Source: an uncultured Candidatus Saccharibacteria bacterium (GTDB taxonomy: Bacteria > Patescibacteriota > Saccharimonadia > Saccharimonadales > AWTP1-31). From it: a stretch of DNA of 64,000 bases. The notes beneath the pieces were generated by a model. The model was not told the DNA's origin, did not search any database, and saw only the letters and a list, made by a program, of their open reading frames with translations. Shown here one piece after another: positions 1 to 9,047 of the stretch; the stretch's first letter is position 1, and each line of letters opens with the position of its first letter. Location of the stretch: the NCBI GenBank assembly GCA_964409615.1, contig CAYPDT010000001.1:14629-78628 (forward strand). The letters are read 5' to 3'. A program made the position numbers and the translations under genes.

Positions 1-603
1 CTGTATCCAAACTGGACCGGTCGTCAGCACCTCGAATTCTATCAATCACCCCGGCCGCGCGGTGACTTTAATATCGCAAAACGCCTTGGCCTAGACCTAA
101 CTTTACAGGTTAAACACTTGTCTACAGGTAACAAACAGAAGTTAGCTCTTACAGTTGCGATGATTGGCAATCCACAGCTACTCATTATGGATGAGCCAAC
201 GAGTGGCCTTGACCCTTTACTACAGCAAGATATGTATGAGGTTCTGCGTGAATACAAGCAGGCAGGTGGCACGGTATTTCTGTCGTCGCACAATTTATCT
301 GAGGTAGAAAAAGTCTGTGACAGTGTAGCAGTCATAAAAGATGGCCGTATAGTTGCAGATAAATCTATGCAAGACATCCGCGACATGAGTATTCATATGG
401 TAAGTGTGGTGACCGAACGCCCCCTAGTACTCCCCGTTAACCTTGCAAACATTGAAATTATTAGCCAAGCAGAGACACATGCAAATTTAAGAGTTAAAGG
501 CGAACTCGGGCCTCTTTTGGGCTTTTTGGCACGTAGAAGGGTCCATGACTTAGAGATTACCCATGCCAGTCTAGAGGATGTATTCTTGGAGTTTTACTCA
601 TGA
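1..603 (+). CDS. ABC transporter ATP-binding protein (5' end cut by window edge)
   Basis: Frame is open from nt 1 (LYPNWTGRQHLEFY...) upstream of the listed ATG at 118. ABC signature LSTGNKQK, Walker B LLIMDEPTSGLD, H-loop SSHNL. Confidence 0.9.
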   Translation: MYPNWTGRQHLEFYQSPRPRGDFNIAKRLGLDLTLQVKHLSTGNKQKLALTVAMIGNPQLLIMDEPTSGLDPLLQQDMYEVLREYKQAGGTVFLSSHNLSEVEKVCDSVAVIKDGRIVADKSMQDIRDMSIHMVSVVTERPLVLPVNLANIEIISQAETHANLRVKGELGPLLGFLARRRVHDLEITHASLEDVFLEFYS

Positions 604-1412
604 GTTTAATGACTACCATCATAAAAAAGGAGCTCCGTGAGCGACGTACTTCTCTGGTAGTGTACAGTCTAGTGAGTATAGGTGCCATTTGGTTATATGT
701 GGCCATGTTCCCATCTTTGCAATCTCAAGCCAAAGATTTGACAAAGATTCTAGAGGCTATGCCCAAAGAGATTCTTAAGGCCTTCGGTGCAGAAGGCACC
801 GGGTTAGAAAACGTAGAAGGGCTCCTCGCCAGCAAGCAATTTGGACTAGTGTGGCCTATATTAACTATCGTCTTGATGTTAAACCGCGCAGCGAACAGCC
901 TAGCTGGAGAAATTGAAAACGGTACTATTGGCACACTACTCAGTCAACCAATTAGCCGTGCCAAGATTTTCTTGGCCAAGTACTTGGCGGGTATAACTAC
1001 ACTTGTGACTTTTATACTTGCAAGCGTTTTAGCCAACATCCCACTCATAAGCGCCTACCGCCTTAGTTACTCGGTTTCAGGCGAATTAGCTTTTGCTGGT
1101 GTTTGCGTGCTGTATGGCTTGGCACTGTATGGTGCTGGAATGGCTATTTCTGCTTTTGTAAGCGAACGGAGTAAAGTATACAGCCTACTTGGTGGTGGCA
1201 TAATACTAATGTTTGTGCTGAACATCGTATCCGGGCTTCAGACCAGTCTGAGCGGCTTGCGATATACAAGTATATTTTATTATTTCAATGCACACGACAT
1301 GCTTGTGTTGCACAAGGTAAATATGGTGAGCGTGGCCTTGTTTGCTAGTATTGCAGTCATTGGCTTCATTACAGGCCTAATAGCCTTCACACGACGAGAT
1401 ATCCGAATTTAA
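600..1412 (+). CDS. ABC-2 type transporter permease
   Basis: ATGA overlap with the ATPase stop. The 270-aa product has about 6 hydrophobic helices. Confidence 0.75.
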   Translation: MSLMTTIIKKELRERRTSLVVYSLVSIGAIWLYVAMFPSLQSQAKDLTKILEAMPKEILKAFGAEGTGLENVEGLLASKQFGLVWPILTIVLMLNRAANSLAGEIENGTIGTLLSQPISRAKIFLAKYLAGITTLVTFILASVLANIPLISAYRLSYSVSGELAFAGVCVLYGLALYGAGMAISAFVSERSKVYSLLGGGIILMFVLNIVSGLQTSLSGLRYTSIFYYFNAHDMLVLHKVNMVSVALFASIAVIGFITGLIAFTRRDIRI

Positions 1413-1840
1413 GGCTGCGTATTAATAATCTCTAGCCTGCCACGCTCTTGTAGAAGTACAGTAGCAAGACTCGGCAGCGTCAGGTAGCCCAACCCGACAC
1501 GTCCAATTCGACTGTCTATGCCCGCATCATCTATATCGAACATTCGCGTTAGACAGTCGAGATGCATAGTTTCACCCGCCGGTAAAAGTTCACCCCAGTG
1601 AGGCTGGCGACTGCCATGTTCAACCACTTCTGGGGGCAACAGGTGTACTGGTTCGATGCCAGCAGTTAGCCTCATGACAAATGGGAAATCAAGCTTCGAC
1701 ATAATAGTCTGCATCCGTTCCGCTGCTCCCTCAAGGATATCTAAACCTCTGTAGCTATTTACAGCCTCTGGATTATGTATTCCTAAAAAGAGCCATGCTT
1801 GCAAATCTATTACGAATTTATCAGTTTGTCGTCGCAACAT
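1409..1840 (-). CDS. hypothetical protein (start uncertain; ORF extends to 1912)
   Basis: Long ORF with no motif I recognise. The longest form overlaps the trmD 3' end, so the internal ATG at 1840 is preferred. Confidence 0.4.
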   Translation of the reverse strand: MLRRQTDKFVIDLQAWLFLGIHNPEAVNSYRGLDILEGAAERMQTIMSKLDFPFVMRLTAGIEPVHLLPPEVVEHGSRQPHWGELLPAGETMHLDCLTRMFDIDDAGIDSRIGRVGLGYLTLPSLATVLLQERGRLEIINTQP

Positions 1841-1862
1841 CCATGCCTGTTGCGCATCCACC

Positions 1863-2513
1863 CTACTCGGCATCGACGCTGTTCTCTTTACGCCACCGCT
1901 CAATTGCTGCATGGTTACCTGATAGCAGCACTTCAGGAACCTTCATACCTCTGAAATCTTCTGGACGAGTGTATTGTGGGAACTCTAACGTCTTACCATC
2001 ACTAAAGCTTTCGATAATAGCACTTTGTTCACCACCAAGTACGCCGGGAATAAGACGGATAATACTATCTACTACCACCATGGCAGGTATTTCACCGCCA
2101 GTTAGAACATAGTTGCCAATCGATATTTGGTAATCAACCACTGTGGTGATGCGCTCGTCATAACCCTCATAGCGACCGCAAATGATGATTAGCCCCGTGC
2201 CCTGATCGGCAAAACGCTGAGCCTCAGCTTGTACCCACCGCGTGCCCCGGGCAGTCATTAGCAGTACTAGGGCTGTAGGGTCGCTCTTTTTTGCCTCTTC
2301 CACGGCTGCGAATAACGGTTCGGGCTTCAGTAACATGCCGTCACCACCCCCGTATGGTGTGTCGTCGACGGTCTGGCGCGGACCCAGACCATAGTCACGT
2401 AAATTCAGGTAGCTAACTTCAAGATGTTTCTTATCTTGAGCTTTCCATAACATGCTAGTATCCATGACACCTGGAAACATTTCTGGGAACAGTGTTATTA
2501 TCTGAATCTTCAT
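1863..2513 (-). CDS. trmD: tRNA (guanine37-N1)-methyltransferase
   Basis: MKIQIITLFPEMF N-terminus, YGGGDGMLL motif, GRYEGYDERI. Start moved to the ATG at 2513, where the conserved TrmD N-terminus begins. Confidence 0.92.
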   Translation of the reverse strand: MKIQIITLFPEMFPGVMDTSMLWKAQDKKHLEVSYLNLRDYGLGPRQTVDDTPYGGGDGMLLKPEPLFAAVEEAKKSDPTALVLLMTARGTRWVQAEAQRFADQGTGLIIICGRYEGYDERITTVVDYQISIGNYVLTGGEIPAMVVVDSIIRLIPGVLGGEQSAIIESFSDGKTLEFPQYTRPEDFRGMKVPEVLLSGNHAAIERWRKENSVDAE

Positions 2514-2549
2514 TATGTATATTTTACCACATTCTTGGGTTATCGCCAG

Positions 2550-2591
2550 AAACAAAAAGAACCCCTTGTCTTTGAATTTCAAAGGGGGTTC
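2550..2591 (-). terminator. Rho-independent terminator after the KH-protein gene
   Basis: Minus strand reads GAACCCC(C)TT-loop-AAGGGGTTC followed by TTTTTGTTT. Confidence 0.6.
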
Positions 2592-2748
2592 CGTTTGTCA
2601 CATAAAGCTCCCAATGACCCAAATTATTTGGTTGTCACTGGCTCGCAAGAGCTTCTCTTTTCTTTTGCAAGTTTCTGTCTTTGTAAAGACTAGCAAAAGT
2701 ATAGCGTACCTCGAGGGGAATAGCAATATCCGGCCGGCCTGAATATTA

Positions 2749-3249
2749 TTAAATGTCTAAATCGTCAAGATCTTCGAGGTCTTTACGATGACGCTTAGCC
2801 ATATCGCTTGGCTCATTATCGTCTTCTTTATCATCTTCGACCTGAGCAACTGTTGCCGGTGTTTCTTCTGACTCTTCGCTATCATCGTCGGCTGTGACAG
2901 GTGTTGAGGTATCATCAGTATTAGTGACAGCGTTTCCACCAACATTGTCGTCTTCTTGGTTCGCACGGTTATCGTCGCGCTGGGGCCGCTCATATCCCTC
3001 TGGGCCGTTGTCTACAATCTTGAGGTTGTAGCGAGCTTCGTTTTTAGTACCGAGTGCTCGCAGTAAGGTACGTAAACTTTGAGCAGTTGCACCTCGTTTA
3101 CCAATGATTCGGCCGAGGTCTTCTGGATCGACGGTCAGCTCTAAAAGAACACCCTTTTCGTCGACTCTTCGGTCTATTACCACTGCATCTGGGTTGCCAA
3201 CCAATGACTTAACAATAAATTCCACAAACTGTTCATCAATACTACTCAT
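2749..3249 (-). CDS. KH-domain RNA-binding protein (KhpA/YlqC-like) with long acidic C-terminal tail
   Basis: KH core LGRIIGKRGATAQSLRTLL in the first ~80 aa, then an ~85-aa D/E-rich tail. Confidence 0.8.
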   Translation of the reverse strand: MSSIDEQFVEFIVKSLVGNPDAVVIDRRVDEKGVLLELTVDPEDLGRIIGKRGATAQSLRTLLRALGTKNEARYNLKIVDNGPEGYERPQRDDNRANQEDDNVGGNAVTNTDDTSTPVTADDDSEESEETPATVAQVEDDKEDDNEPSDMAKRHRKDLEDLDDLDI

Positions 3250-3339
3250 ATTCAGACACTCCTGTTAATTACTGACCTTCTTATTATACCAAACAAACTT
3301 GGGCAGCAGCACCGCGTTACATATTGCGTAATGTATTAC

Positions 3340-3367
3340 AAAATAAAAACACTCACCAAAGTGAGTG
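3340..3367 (-). terminator. Rho-independent terminator after rpsP
   Basis: Minus strand: CACTCAC-TTTG-GTGAGTG followed by TTTTTATTTT. Confidence 0.65.
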
Positions 3368-3401
3368 CTCTATGTAGTGCGGTAAGCACTAATGGTGATG
3401 A

Positions 3402-3899
3402 TTATTCTTTAGGAGCTTCAGCTTCGTCAGTAGCTGCTTCGGTTGTGTCGTCTGCTGCTTCAACAGCTGGTGCTTCGTCAGGTGTTTCTGCGGGAGTATC
3501 TACTGGAGCTTCTGCGACTTCTGCAACAGGCGCTTCAGCAGCTTCTTCAGTTACTTCTTCTACGACCTCTTCGGCAGCTTCTTCTTTGGGTTGATTCTTG
3601 CGGAGTTTTTCGGGGTTGCGAATGGCTTTGCTCTTATTGCCAGATAACTGTACCCACTCTGGTAGCTCTACACCTTGTTTTTGCAACAAGCGAGCAACAC
3701 GGTCAGATGGCTGCGCACCATTGGTGAGGTAGAATGTAGCTTTTTCTGTATCGACAGAGATATCCTTCGTGTGCGGGTCGTAGTGACCGAGTTGAGCAAC
3801 GACCTTTCCGCTGGTTGGTGTTTGTCGAGTATCTTGCACGACCATACGGAACATTGCATGTCCTTTGCGGCCGGTTCGTTGCATTCGAATAGCTAACAT
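3402..3899 (-). CDS. rpsP: 30S ribosomal protein S16 with acidic Ala/Glu-rich C-terminal extension
   Basis: MLAIRMQRTGRKGHAMFRMVV...LGHYDP is a typical S16 core (~85 aa). About 80 aa of E/A/P/T-rich tail follow. Confidence 0.92.
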   Translation of the reverse strand: MLAIRMQRTGRKGHAMFRMVVQDTRQTPTSGKVVAQLGHYDPHTKDISVDTEKATFYLTNGAQPSDRVARLLQKQGVELPEWVQLSGNKSKAIRNPEKLRKNQPKEEAAEEVVEEVTEEAAEAPVAEVAEAPVDTPAETPDEAPAVEAADDTTEAATDEAEAPKE

Positions 3900-3991
3900 A
3901 TTGGGGTTTTATTCTCTTTCTTGTCTCTACTTAGATTTTATAAAAAGACTTCACCTTATTTTACAGATAACGACCCCTATTGTCAACACCG

Positions 3992-4690
3992 CTACTGGTC
4001 TTGGTATTTTTCAAGCGCTATTGCAGCAGCGGCTTGCTGCCCTGCCTGCTTACTCGGGCCCTGGCCCTGCCCCTTTAGAGTACCATTCACGAAGACTCCA
4101 ACGGTAAAGACTTTATCGTGGTCTGGCCCGTCCTCTGACAAAACCTTATACACTGGGGTTGAGCTTTCTTTGCTTTGAGCCACTTCCTGGAAATGTGATT
4201 TCGGATCCATCCAAGAACCGGTATCGAGGATCTGCTGGAAGGTAGTAATAAGACTATTATGAATAAACTTCTCGGCAGCAGCATAGCCTTGGTCGAGGTA
4301 CAACGACCCAACAACAGCTTCGAAGCAGTTTGCTAAGATTTGAGCACGGGCACGGTCGGTACCTCGGCGTTCACCACGACTCAGCCGCAGCAGAGGTTCG
4401 AAGTTATTTCGCGATGCGGCAGCACTAATACTTTCAGTGCGAACTAGAGCACTTCGCCAGTTTGTTAAGATTCCCTCTGGGTCATCAAAGTTCTTGTACA
4501 GATAACTGGTTACGACCAGTTCTAGTACGGCATCTCCTAAAAACTCAAGACGCTCATTGTGTTCACGAGCAGTTTTACGATGCTCGTTAACGTATGATCG
4601 ATGTGTAAAGGCTGTTATAAGCAGTTCGATGTCGTTGTACTCAACGCCCAGAACGTCTTTTGCAAATTGTTTGTAGCTACTAAAATCCAT
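3992..4690 (-). CDS. rnc: ribonuclease III
   Basis: RNase III signature ERLEFLGDAVLE and a C-terminal dsRBD-like region. The start at the ATG at 4690 (MDFSSYKQF) avoids overlap with the Nudix gene. Confidence 0.92.
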   Translation of the reverse strand: MDFSSYKQFAKDVLGVEYNDIELLITAFTHRSYVNEHRKTAREHNERLEFLGDAVLELVVTSYLYKNFDDPEGILTNWRSALVRTESISAAASRNNFEPLLRLSRGERRGTDRARAQILANCFEAVVGSLYLDQGYAAAEKFIHNSLITTFQQILDTGSWMDPKSHFQEVAQSKESSTPVYKVLSEDGPDHDKVFTVGVFVNGTLKGQGQGPSKQAGQQAAAAIALEKYQDQ

Positions 4691-4694
4691 GTAA

Positions 4695-5207
4695 TTACTG
4701 TCTCTGTAAACCGAGTTTACCATCCCGAATGCGTTTGAGCGCCAACAATATTAATTTCTCGATATCTTCGTATTCTATTTTATCTAAAGCATCTTTTGCT
4801 GGAAACCACTTGATGCCATTCATCCAGTCTTCTGGCGTAAGGTCATCAGTATCACCAAGAGCTTGAACAAGAAATATTTCGGTAGTCATCAACACTAAGC
4901 TATTGGTTCGACGATATCTGAAGTTAATTTTACCTAACCAGTTCAGCACCTTCATTTGTTTCAGGCCGGTTTCTTCTCCAATTTCTCGCTGTGCAGTGAA
5001 TTTGGCTGATTCACCCTCTTCAATGTGACCCTTTGGAATAGTCCAGCGGTCTTTTGCATCTTGGATGAGCAGAATCTCGACGTCGTTATTCTTATCACGA
5101 CGAAACACCACACCACCAGCGGTTGGCTCACGGACAACTTCGCTGATAGCCGGTCGTCTTTTGTTAACAAATTTCTTAAATCCCTGGAAGGGTTGCGGTC
5201 TCTTCAT
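4695..5207 (-). CDS. Nudix hydrolase
   Basis: Nudix box GHIEEGESAKFTAQREIGEETGL. Confidence 0.85.
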   Translation of the reverse strand: MKRPQPFQGFKKFVNKRRPAISEVVREPTAGGVVFRRDKNNDVEILLIQDAKDRWTIPKGHIEEGESAKFTAQREIGEETGLKQMKVLNWLGKINFRYRRTNSLVLMTTEIFLVQALGDTDDLTPEDWMNGIKWFPAKDALDKIEYEDIEKLILLALKRIRDGKLGLQRQ

Positions 5208-5695
5208 TATGCACTCGCTTTCTGCTCTATAGGGTCAAACTGGAGACTTTTGGGCAGTTGTAGCGTCTTCTCTTCGATATGTCGGAGGAGTGTTCCTAGG
5301 ACACCGTTGATAAAACGGGAACTATTCTCACCACCGAATGCTTTAGATAGCTCTACTGCTTCGTTAATAACAACCTTTGGTGGCACATCACCTGCATGCA
5401 GTAGCTCGTATAAGCTCATCCGCAAAACAAGGCGATCCATGCGAGCAATTTGGTCGATGGGCCATTCGGGAGCAACAGGTTGTAATACGGCATCCAAATC
5501 AGTTGCACAAGCTTCGACACCACGAGTCAAAGCGGCAATAAAATCTTGGTCGTCAACGGTCTTGCTGTAACGTTCGACGTTACGAGCTAGAATTTCGGCC
5601 AAATCGACAGTCGTGTCACCACAATCACGACGGAAATCGTGTTCGTACAGTGTCTGTAAGGCGAGGATTCGACCAAGATGACGGTTTGAAGCCAT
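5207..5695 (-). CDS. nusB: transcription antitermination factor NusB
   Basis: RILALQTLYEHDF...INGVLG pattern typical of NusB. 1-nt overlap with the Nudix start. Confidence 0.85.
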   Translation of the reverse strand: MASNRHLGRILALQTLYEHDFRRDCGDTTVDLAEILARNVERYSKTVDDQDFIAALTRGVEACATDLDAVLQPVAPEWPIDQIARMDRLVLRMSLYELLHAGDVPPKVVINEAVELSKAFGGENSSRFINGVLGTLLRHIEEKTLQLPKSLQFDPIEQKASA

Positions 5696-5787
5696 ATGTC
5701 TCTTTCTGGTAACTCTATTGTTAAATATGCGCGAATATTGCTATTCGCTAGCAGTCAGGCACACTCACAGTATAACGCACTCGGCGT

Positions 5788-5937
5788 TTACTTGGTTATG
5801 CTTTTTGCACTCTCACGGCGAGTCGTAAAGGCCTTTACGGGCGATTTGCCGTTAACTGCTCGAGCCAATTTTAGGACGAGGTGGCTACGACGAGTACCGG
5901 TACGACGAGGTGTAGTTCGCTTCTTTGGCTTACCCAT
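5788..5937 (-). CDS. rpmF: 50S ribosomal protein L32 (not in ORF track, 49 aa)
   Basis: Manual translation: MGKPKKRTTPRRTGTRRSHLVLKLARAVNGKSPVKAFTTRRESAKSITK*. The basic N-terminal PK(K/R)RTxxxRxxxRRSH pattern is the L32 hallmark. Confidence 0.85.
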   Translation of the reverse strand: MGKPKKRTTPRRTGTRRSHLVLKLARAVNGKSPVKAFTTRRESAKSITK

Positions 5938-5981
5938 AGAAAACAGAGCTCCTGTTGATTAGATTAATAAAACTTATCGTC

Positions 5982-6010
5982 ATTATACCTGAAGTTACGC
6001 TGTTACTCAA
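5982..6010 (-). promoter_or_regulatory. sigma70-type promoter upstream of rpmF
   Basis: Minus strand reads TTGAGT, a 17-nt spacer, then TATAAT, ending 44 nt upstream of the rpmF ATG. Confidence 0.5.
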
Positions 6011-6019
6011 GGTCGAGTT

Positions 6020-6358
6020 ATGGAGCGCTACTTTAAGGGTTTTGGGATTTGTAGTAGAATACATGACTACATGAAGTTTTACGATTTCTCAGACGGCAGT
6101 AATAAGCTGCCCCCTATACAATCCAACACCGTCTACGGTGAAGGAGTACAACCCATTGAACGGCCGACTCCGTACGACTGGGCAAAAGAACACTATGATT
6201 GGGCCGGTGATTCACCAGAGCTTACTGACGACGTACAGATTCGCCGAGGCGTCGACGCCCGACCAATAGGTACCATAGCCATGCCAACCAAACCAACATG
6301 GGCTGGACCTGGTGACGGGCGCATAGCGGCATACCTACAAGAACCACCTCGCACATAA
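6020..6358 (+). CDS. hypothetical protein
   Basis: Isolated 112-aa ORF on the plus strand with no recognisable motif. An alternative start is MKFYDF at 6071. Confidence 0.35.
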   Translation: MERYFKGFGICSRIHDYMKFYDFSDGSNKLPPIQSNTVYGEGVQPIERPTPYDWAKEHYDWAGDSPELTDDVQIRRGVDARPIGTIAMPTKPTWAGPGDGRIAAYLQEPPRT

Positions 6359-6424
6359 CCGACCATAACGCCGCACAGGACATGGTTAGTAAGCTGGTGC
6401 TTACAAGGTAGTATCGTTGCCTAC

Positions 6425-8899
6425 TTACCCAACTACTAAGTTGAGTAATTTGCTGGGGATGTAGATTTCTTTTCGAACCTCTTTGTCATCGATGTGAGCG
6501 ATAACATTTTCTTGTGAACGCGCTGCTTCGATGACTTCTTCTTTTGTGGCTGCTGCAGGCATCTGAAGTTGGGCACGAACTTTACCATTAATTTGGACGA
6601 CAATAGTGATGGTATCGTCTACTAAAAATGTTTCGTTTACTTTTGGCCAATGGTCTTTGTGCACAGAGTCGCTGTGACCAAGTTGCTGCCAGAGTTCATC
6701 AGCAATATGAGGAGCAAATGGAGCAACCATCATAACCACAAACTCAAGGGCCTCTTGCCAGACTTCTCCAGCGAGCGGCATGGTTGTTTTTGCAAGATAT
6801 AGCTTATTGACTGCCTCCATGATTGCGGCGATGGCAGTATTGTAGCGGTTTCCGTCGATGTCGTCAGTAACCTTGCGGGCAGCCTTATGAACAAGCCCGA
6901 GTATCTGTTTTGCTTGGGCTTCAGAAATTTCGTCCGCCTTTTTTTCTGATGACGTTTCGATATATTCTTGCACCAGATTCCAGATACGAGATAGGAATCT
7001 ATGGGCACCAGGAACACCCTGCTCATCCCAGCGAGCGCCGAGCTCGAGTGGTGCAGCAAACATAAGATAGGTGCGCAGTGCGTCAGCGCCATAACCCTGA
7101 TTGATGATAGTCAGGGGGTCTGGGCCATTACCCTTAGACTTCGAGAATACGCTGCCGTCGCTAGCCGTTACCTTGCCGTTGTAAAGCATTTGCTTAAACG
7201 GCTCTGGGTTTGTAAGCAAACCAATCTTGGTAAAGAACCTGGTGACGAAACGAGCATACAGTAAGTGGGCCGTGGCATGGTCGCCACCATTATAAAAATC
7301 TACCGGTGACCAGTTATCAGCAATACTACGGTCGAATATCTGTTCTTGGTTATGCGGGTCGAGATAACGTAGCATGTACCAACTACTACAGACATAGGTA
7401 TCCATAGTGTCGGTCTCTCTTTCGGCTGGCCCATCACACTGTGGGCAAGTAGTCTTTAACCAGTCAGTTGCGCGCGCGAGGGCGCTACGTCCGTCGCCAC
7501 TTGGTGCAAAATCAGTAAGTTCTGGCAAGACAACCGGTAGCTGGTCTTCGGCTAGGACTACCGGTCCACATTTCGGACAGTTGACCACAGGAATAGGTGC
7601 ACCCCAATAGCGCTGTCGGCTAATGCTCCAGTCGCGCATGCGATAGTTAACTTTTTTAACACCTGCCCTGGTACTAACTAGCTCTTCTAGTATTGCTTTA
7701 CGGGCCTGGGAAAAATCTAAACCATCAAATTTGCCGGAATTTGCCAATGTGAATTTTTTAGGATTCTTCTTAATTTCAACATACTCAACAAATTCTTGCT
7801 GTTCGGTGGTGTAGATGATATCTAAGTTAAATTTCTGAGCAAATTCGTAATCTCGCTCGTCCTCACCAGGTACCGCCATAATTGCACCAGTACCGTAGCT
7901 AGCCAAAACATAATCTGCAACCCAGATTGGAATCTCTTTACCATTGACTGGATTGATAGCATACGCACCCGTAAAAACACCAGTCTTGTCTTTACCCTCT
8001 TGCTGACGCTGTACTTCTGTTTTACGAAGTGATTTTTCTCGATAAGCATCAACTTCGGCTTTTTGTTCATTAGTGGTAATACTATCGAGTACGTCATTTT
8101 CTGGTGCTAATACCATAAAGGTGACACCAAATATGGTGTCGTAAGCTGTAGTGAAAACAGTGATTGGAGTTTCGTGGTCTTTGATTTGGAACGTTACTTC
8201 AGCACCTTCGCTGCGGCCAATCCAGTTCTTCTGGGCTAGCTTTACACTTGGCGTCCAGTCAAGTGCATCAGTAGCCTCTAGCAACTCATTGGCATAGTCA
8301 GTAATTTTAAAGAACCACTGCTTGACTTCTTTTTTCTCAACGATTGGGTCATCGGCGCCATCATGTCGCCAACATTTGCCATCGACTATCTGTTCGTTAG
8401 CTAGAACAGTTTGACATTTAGTACACCACCACTGCCAACGACTGTCTTGGTAAGCTAGTCCGTTTTGGTGCATTTTGACAAAAATCCACTGCGTCCACTT
8501 GTAGTATTCGGGTGTACTGGTGGTTATTTCTTTTTCCCAGTCGTTGCTCCAACCCATGGCTTGGTATTGCTTGTGGTAGCTTGGAATAATTGTTGCCATG
8601 CTTTCTTGCGGTGAAACACCTGCTTTGATTGCGTAGTTTTCAGCTGGCAAGCCAAACGAATCCCAGCCCACCGGATGATAACTCTCAAAGCCTTGTTGGC
8701 GCTTGAAACGGGCCTTTATATCACTAATGGTGTAGTTCATAGCGTGCCCTACATGGATACCGGCACCACTAGGGTAGTTAAACATGCTCATGCCAATATA
8801 CTTCGGCTTCTTGCTATGTAAATTAGCGGTATAGACGCCAGTTTCTTGCCAGATTTTTTGCCACTTGGGTTCTATCTCTTTTGGATTGTATCGTTTCAT
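6425..8899 (-). CDS. leuS: leucine--tRNA ligase
   Basis: 824 aa. HIGH-type motif GIHVGHAMNY, KMSKS-type FSKSKGNG, and a class Ia editing-domain-sized insert. Confidence 0.97.
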   Translation of the reverse strand: MKRYNPKEIEPKWQKIWQETGVYTANLHSKKPKYIGMSMFNYPSGAGIHVGHAMNYTISDIKARFKRQQGFESYHPVGWDSFGLPAENYAIKAGVSPQESMATIIPSYHKQYQAMGWSNDWEKEITTSTPEYYKWTQWIFVKMHQNGLAYQDSRWQWWCTKCQTVLANEQIVDGKCWRHDGADDPIVEKKEVKQWFFKITDYANELLEATDALDWTPSVKLAQKNWIGRSEGAEVTFQIKDHETPITVFTTAYDTIFGVTFMVLAPENDVLDSITTNEQKAEVDAYREKSLRKTEVQRQQEGKDKTGVFTGAYAINPVNGKEIPIWVADYVLASYGTGAIMAVPGEDERDYEFAQKFNLDIIYTTEQQEFVEYVEIKKNPKKFTLANSGKFDGLDFSQARKAILEELVSTRAGVKKVNYRMRDWSISRQRYWGAPIPVVNCPKCGPVVLAEDQLPVVLPELTDFAPSGDGRSALARATDWLKTTCPQCDGPAERETDTMDTYVCSSWYMLRYLDPHNQEQIFDRSIADNWSPVDFYNGGDHATAHLLYARFVTRFFTKIGLLTNPEPFKQMLYNGKVTASDGSVFSKSKGNGPDPLTIINQGYGADALRTYLMFAAPLELGARWDEQGVPGAHRFLSRIWNLVQEYIETSSEKKADEISEAQAKQILGLVHKAARKVTDDIDGNRYNTAIAAIMEAVNKLYLAKTTMPLAGEVWQEALEFVVMMVAPFAPHIADELWQQLGHSDSVHKDHWPKVNETFLVDDTITIVVQINGKVRAQLQMPAAATKEEVIEAARSQENVIAHIDDKEVRKEIYIPSKLLNLVVG

Positions 8900-9047
8900 C
8901 TAGAACAGTATACCGCAAAATGCCACATAACAGATAGAGGTTGTTATTCAAACAAGCACGGCAGGCAACATACAAATATGTTGGATAAATCACAACCACG
9001 ACATGATCCGTGATTGATATACTACCAACCAGAAGGGGTAACATTGT

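Noticed and set aside
3331-3896. Plus-strand ORFs 3331..3594, 3443..3727 and 3675..3896 (Ser/Ala- or Leu-rich)
   Set aside because: They are antisense shadows of rpsP and its acidic tail. The low-complexity translation mirrors the GAA/GCT-rich coding strand.
5696-5962. 88-aa plus-strand ORF
   Set aside because: It is antisense to the clearly recognisable L32 gene (5788..5937, minus strand) and its promoter.
6730-8097. Multiple 60-120-aa ORFs nested in or antisense to leuS, and similarly inside ligA, glmS, murF, the beta-helix gene and the 2013-aa gene
   Set aside because: They lie entirely within long, well-supported genes and have biased shadow-frame composition and no RBS context.
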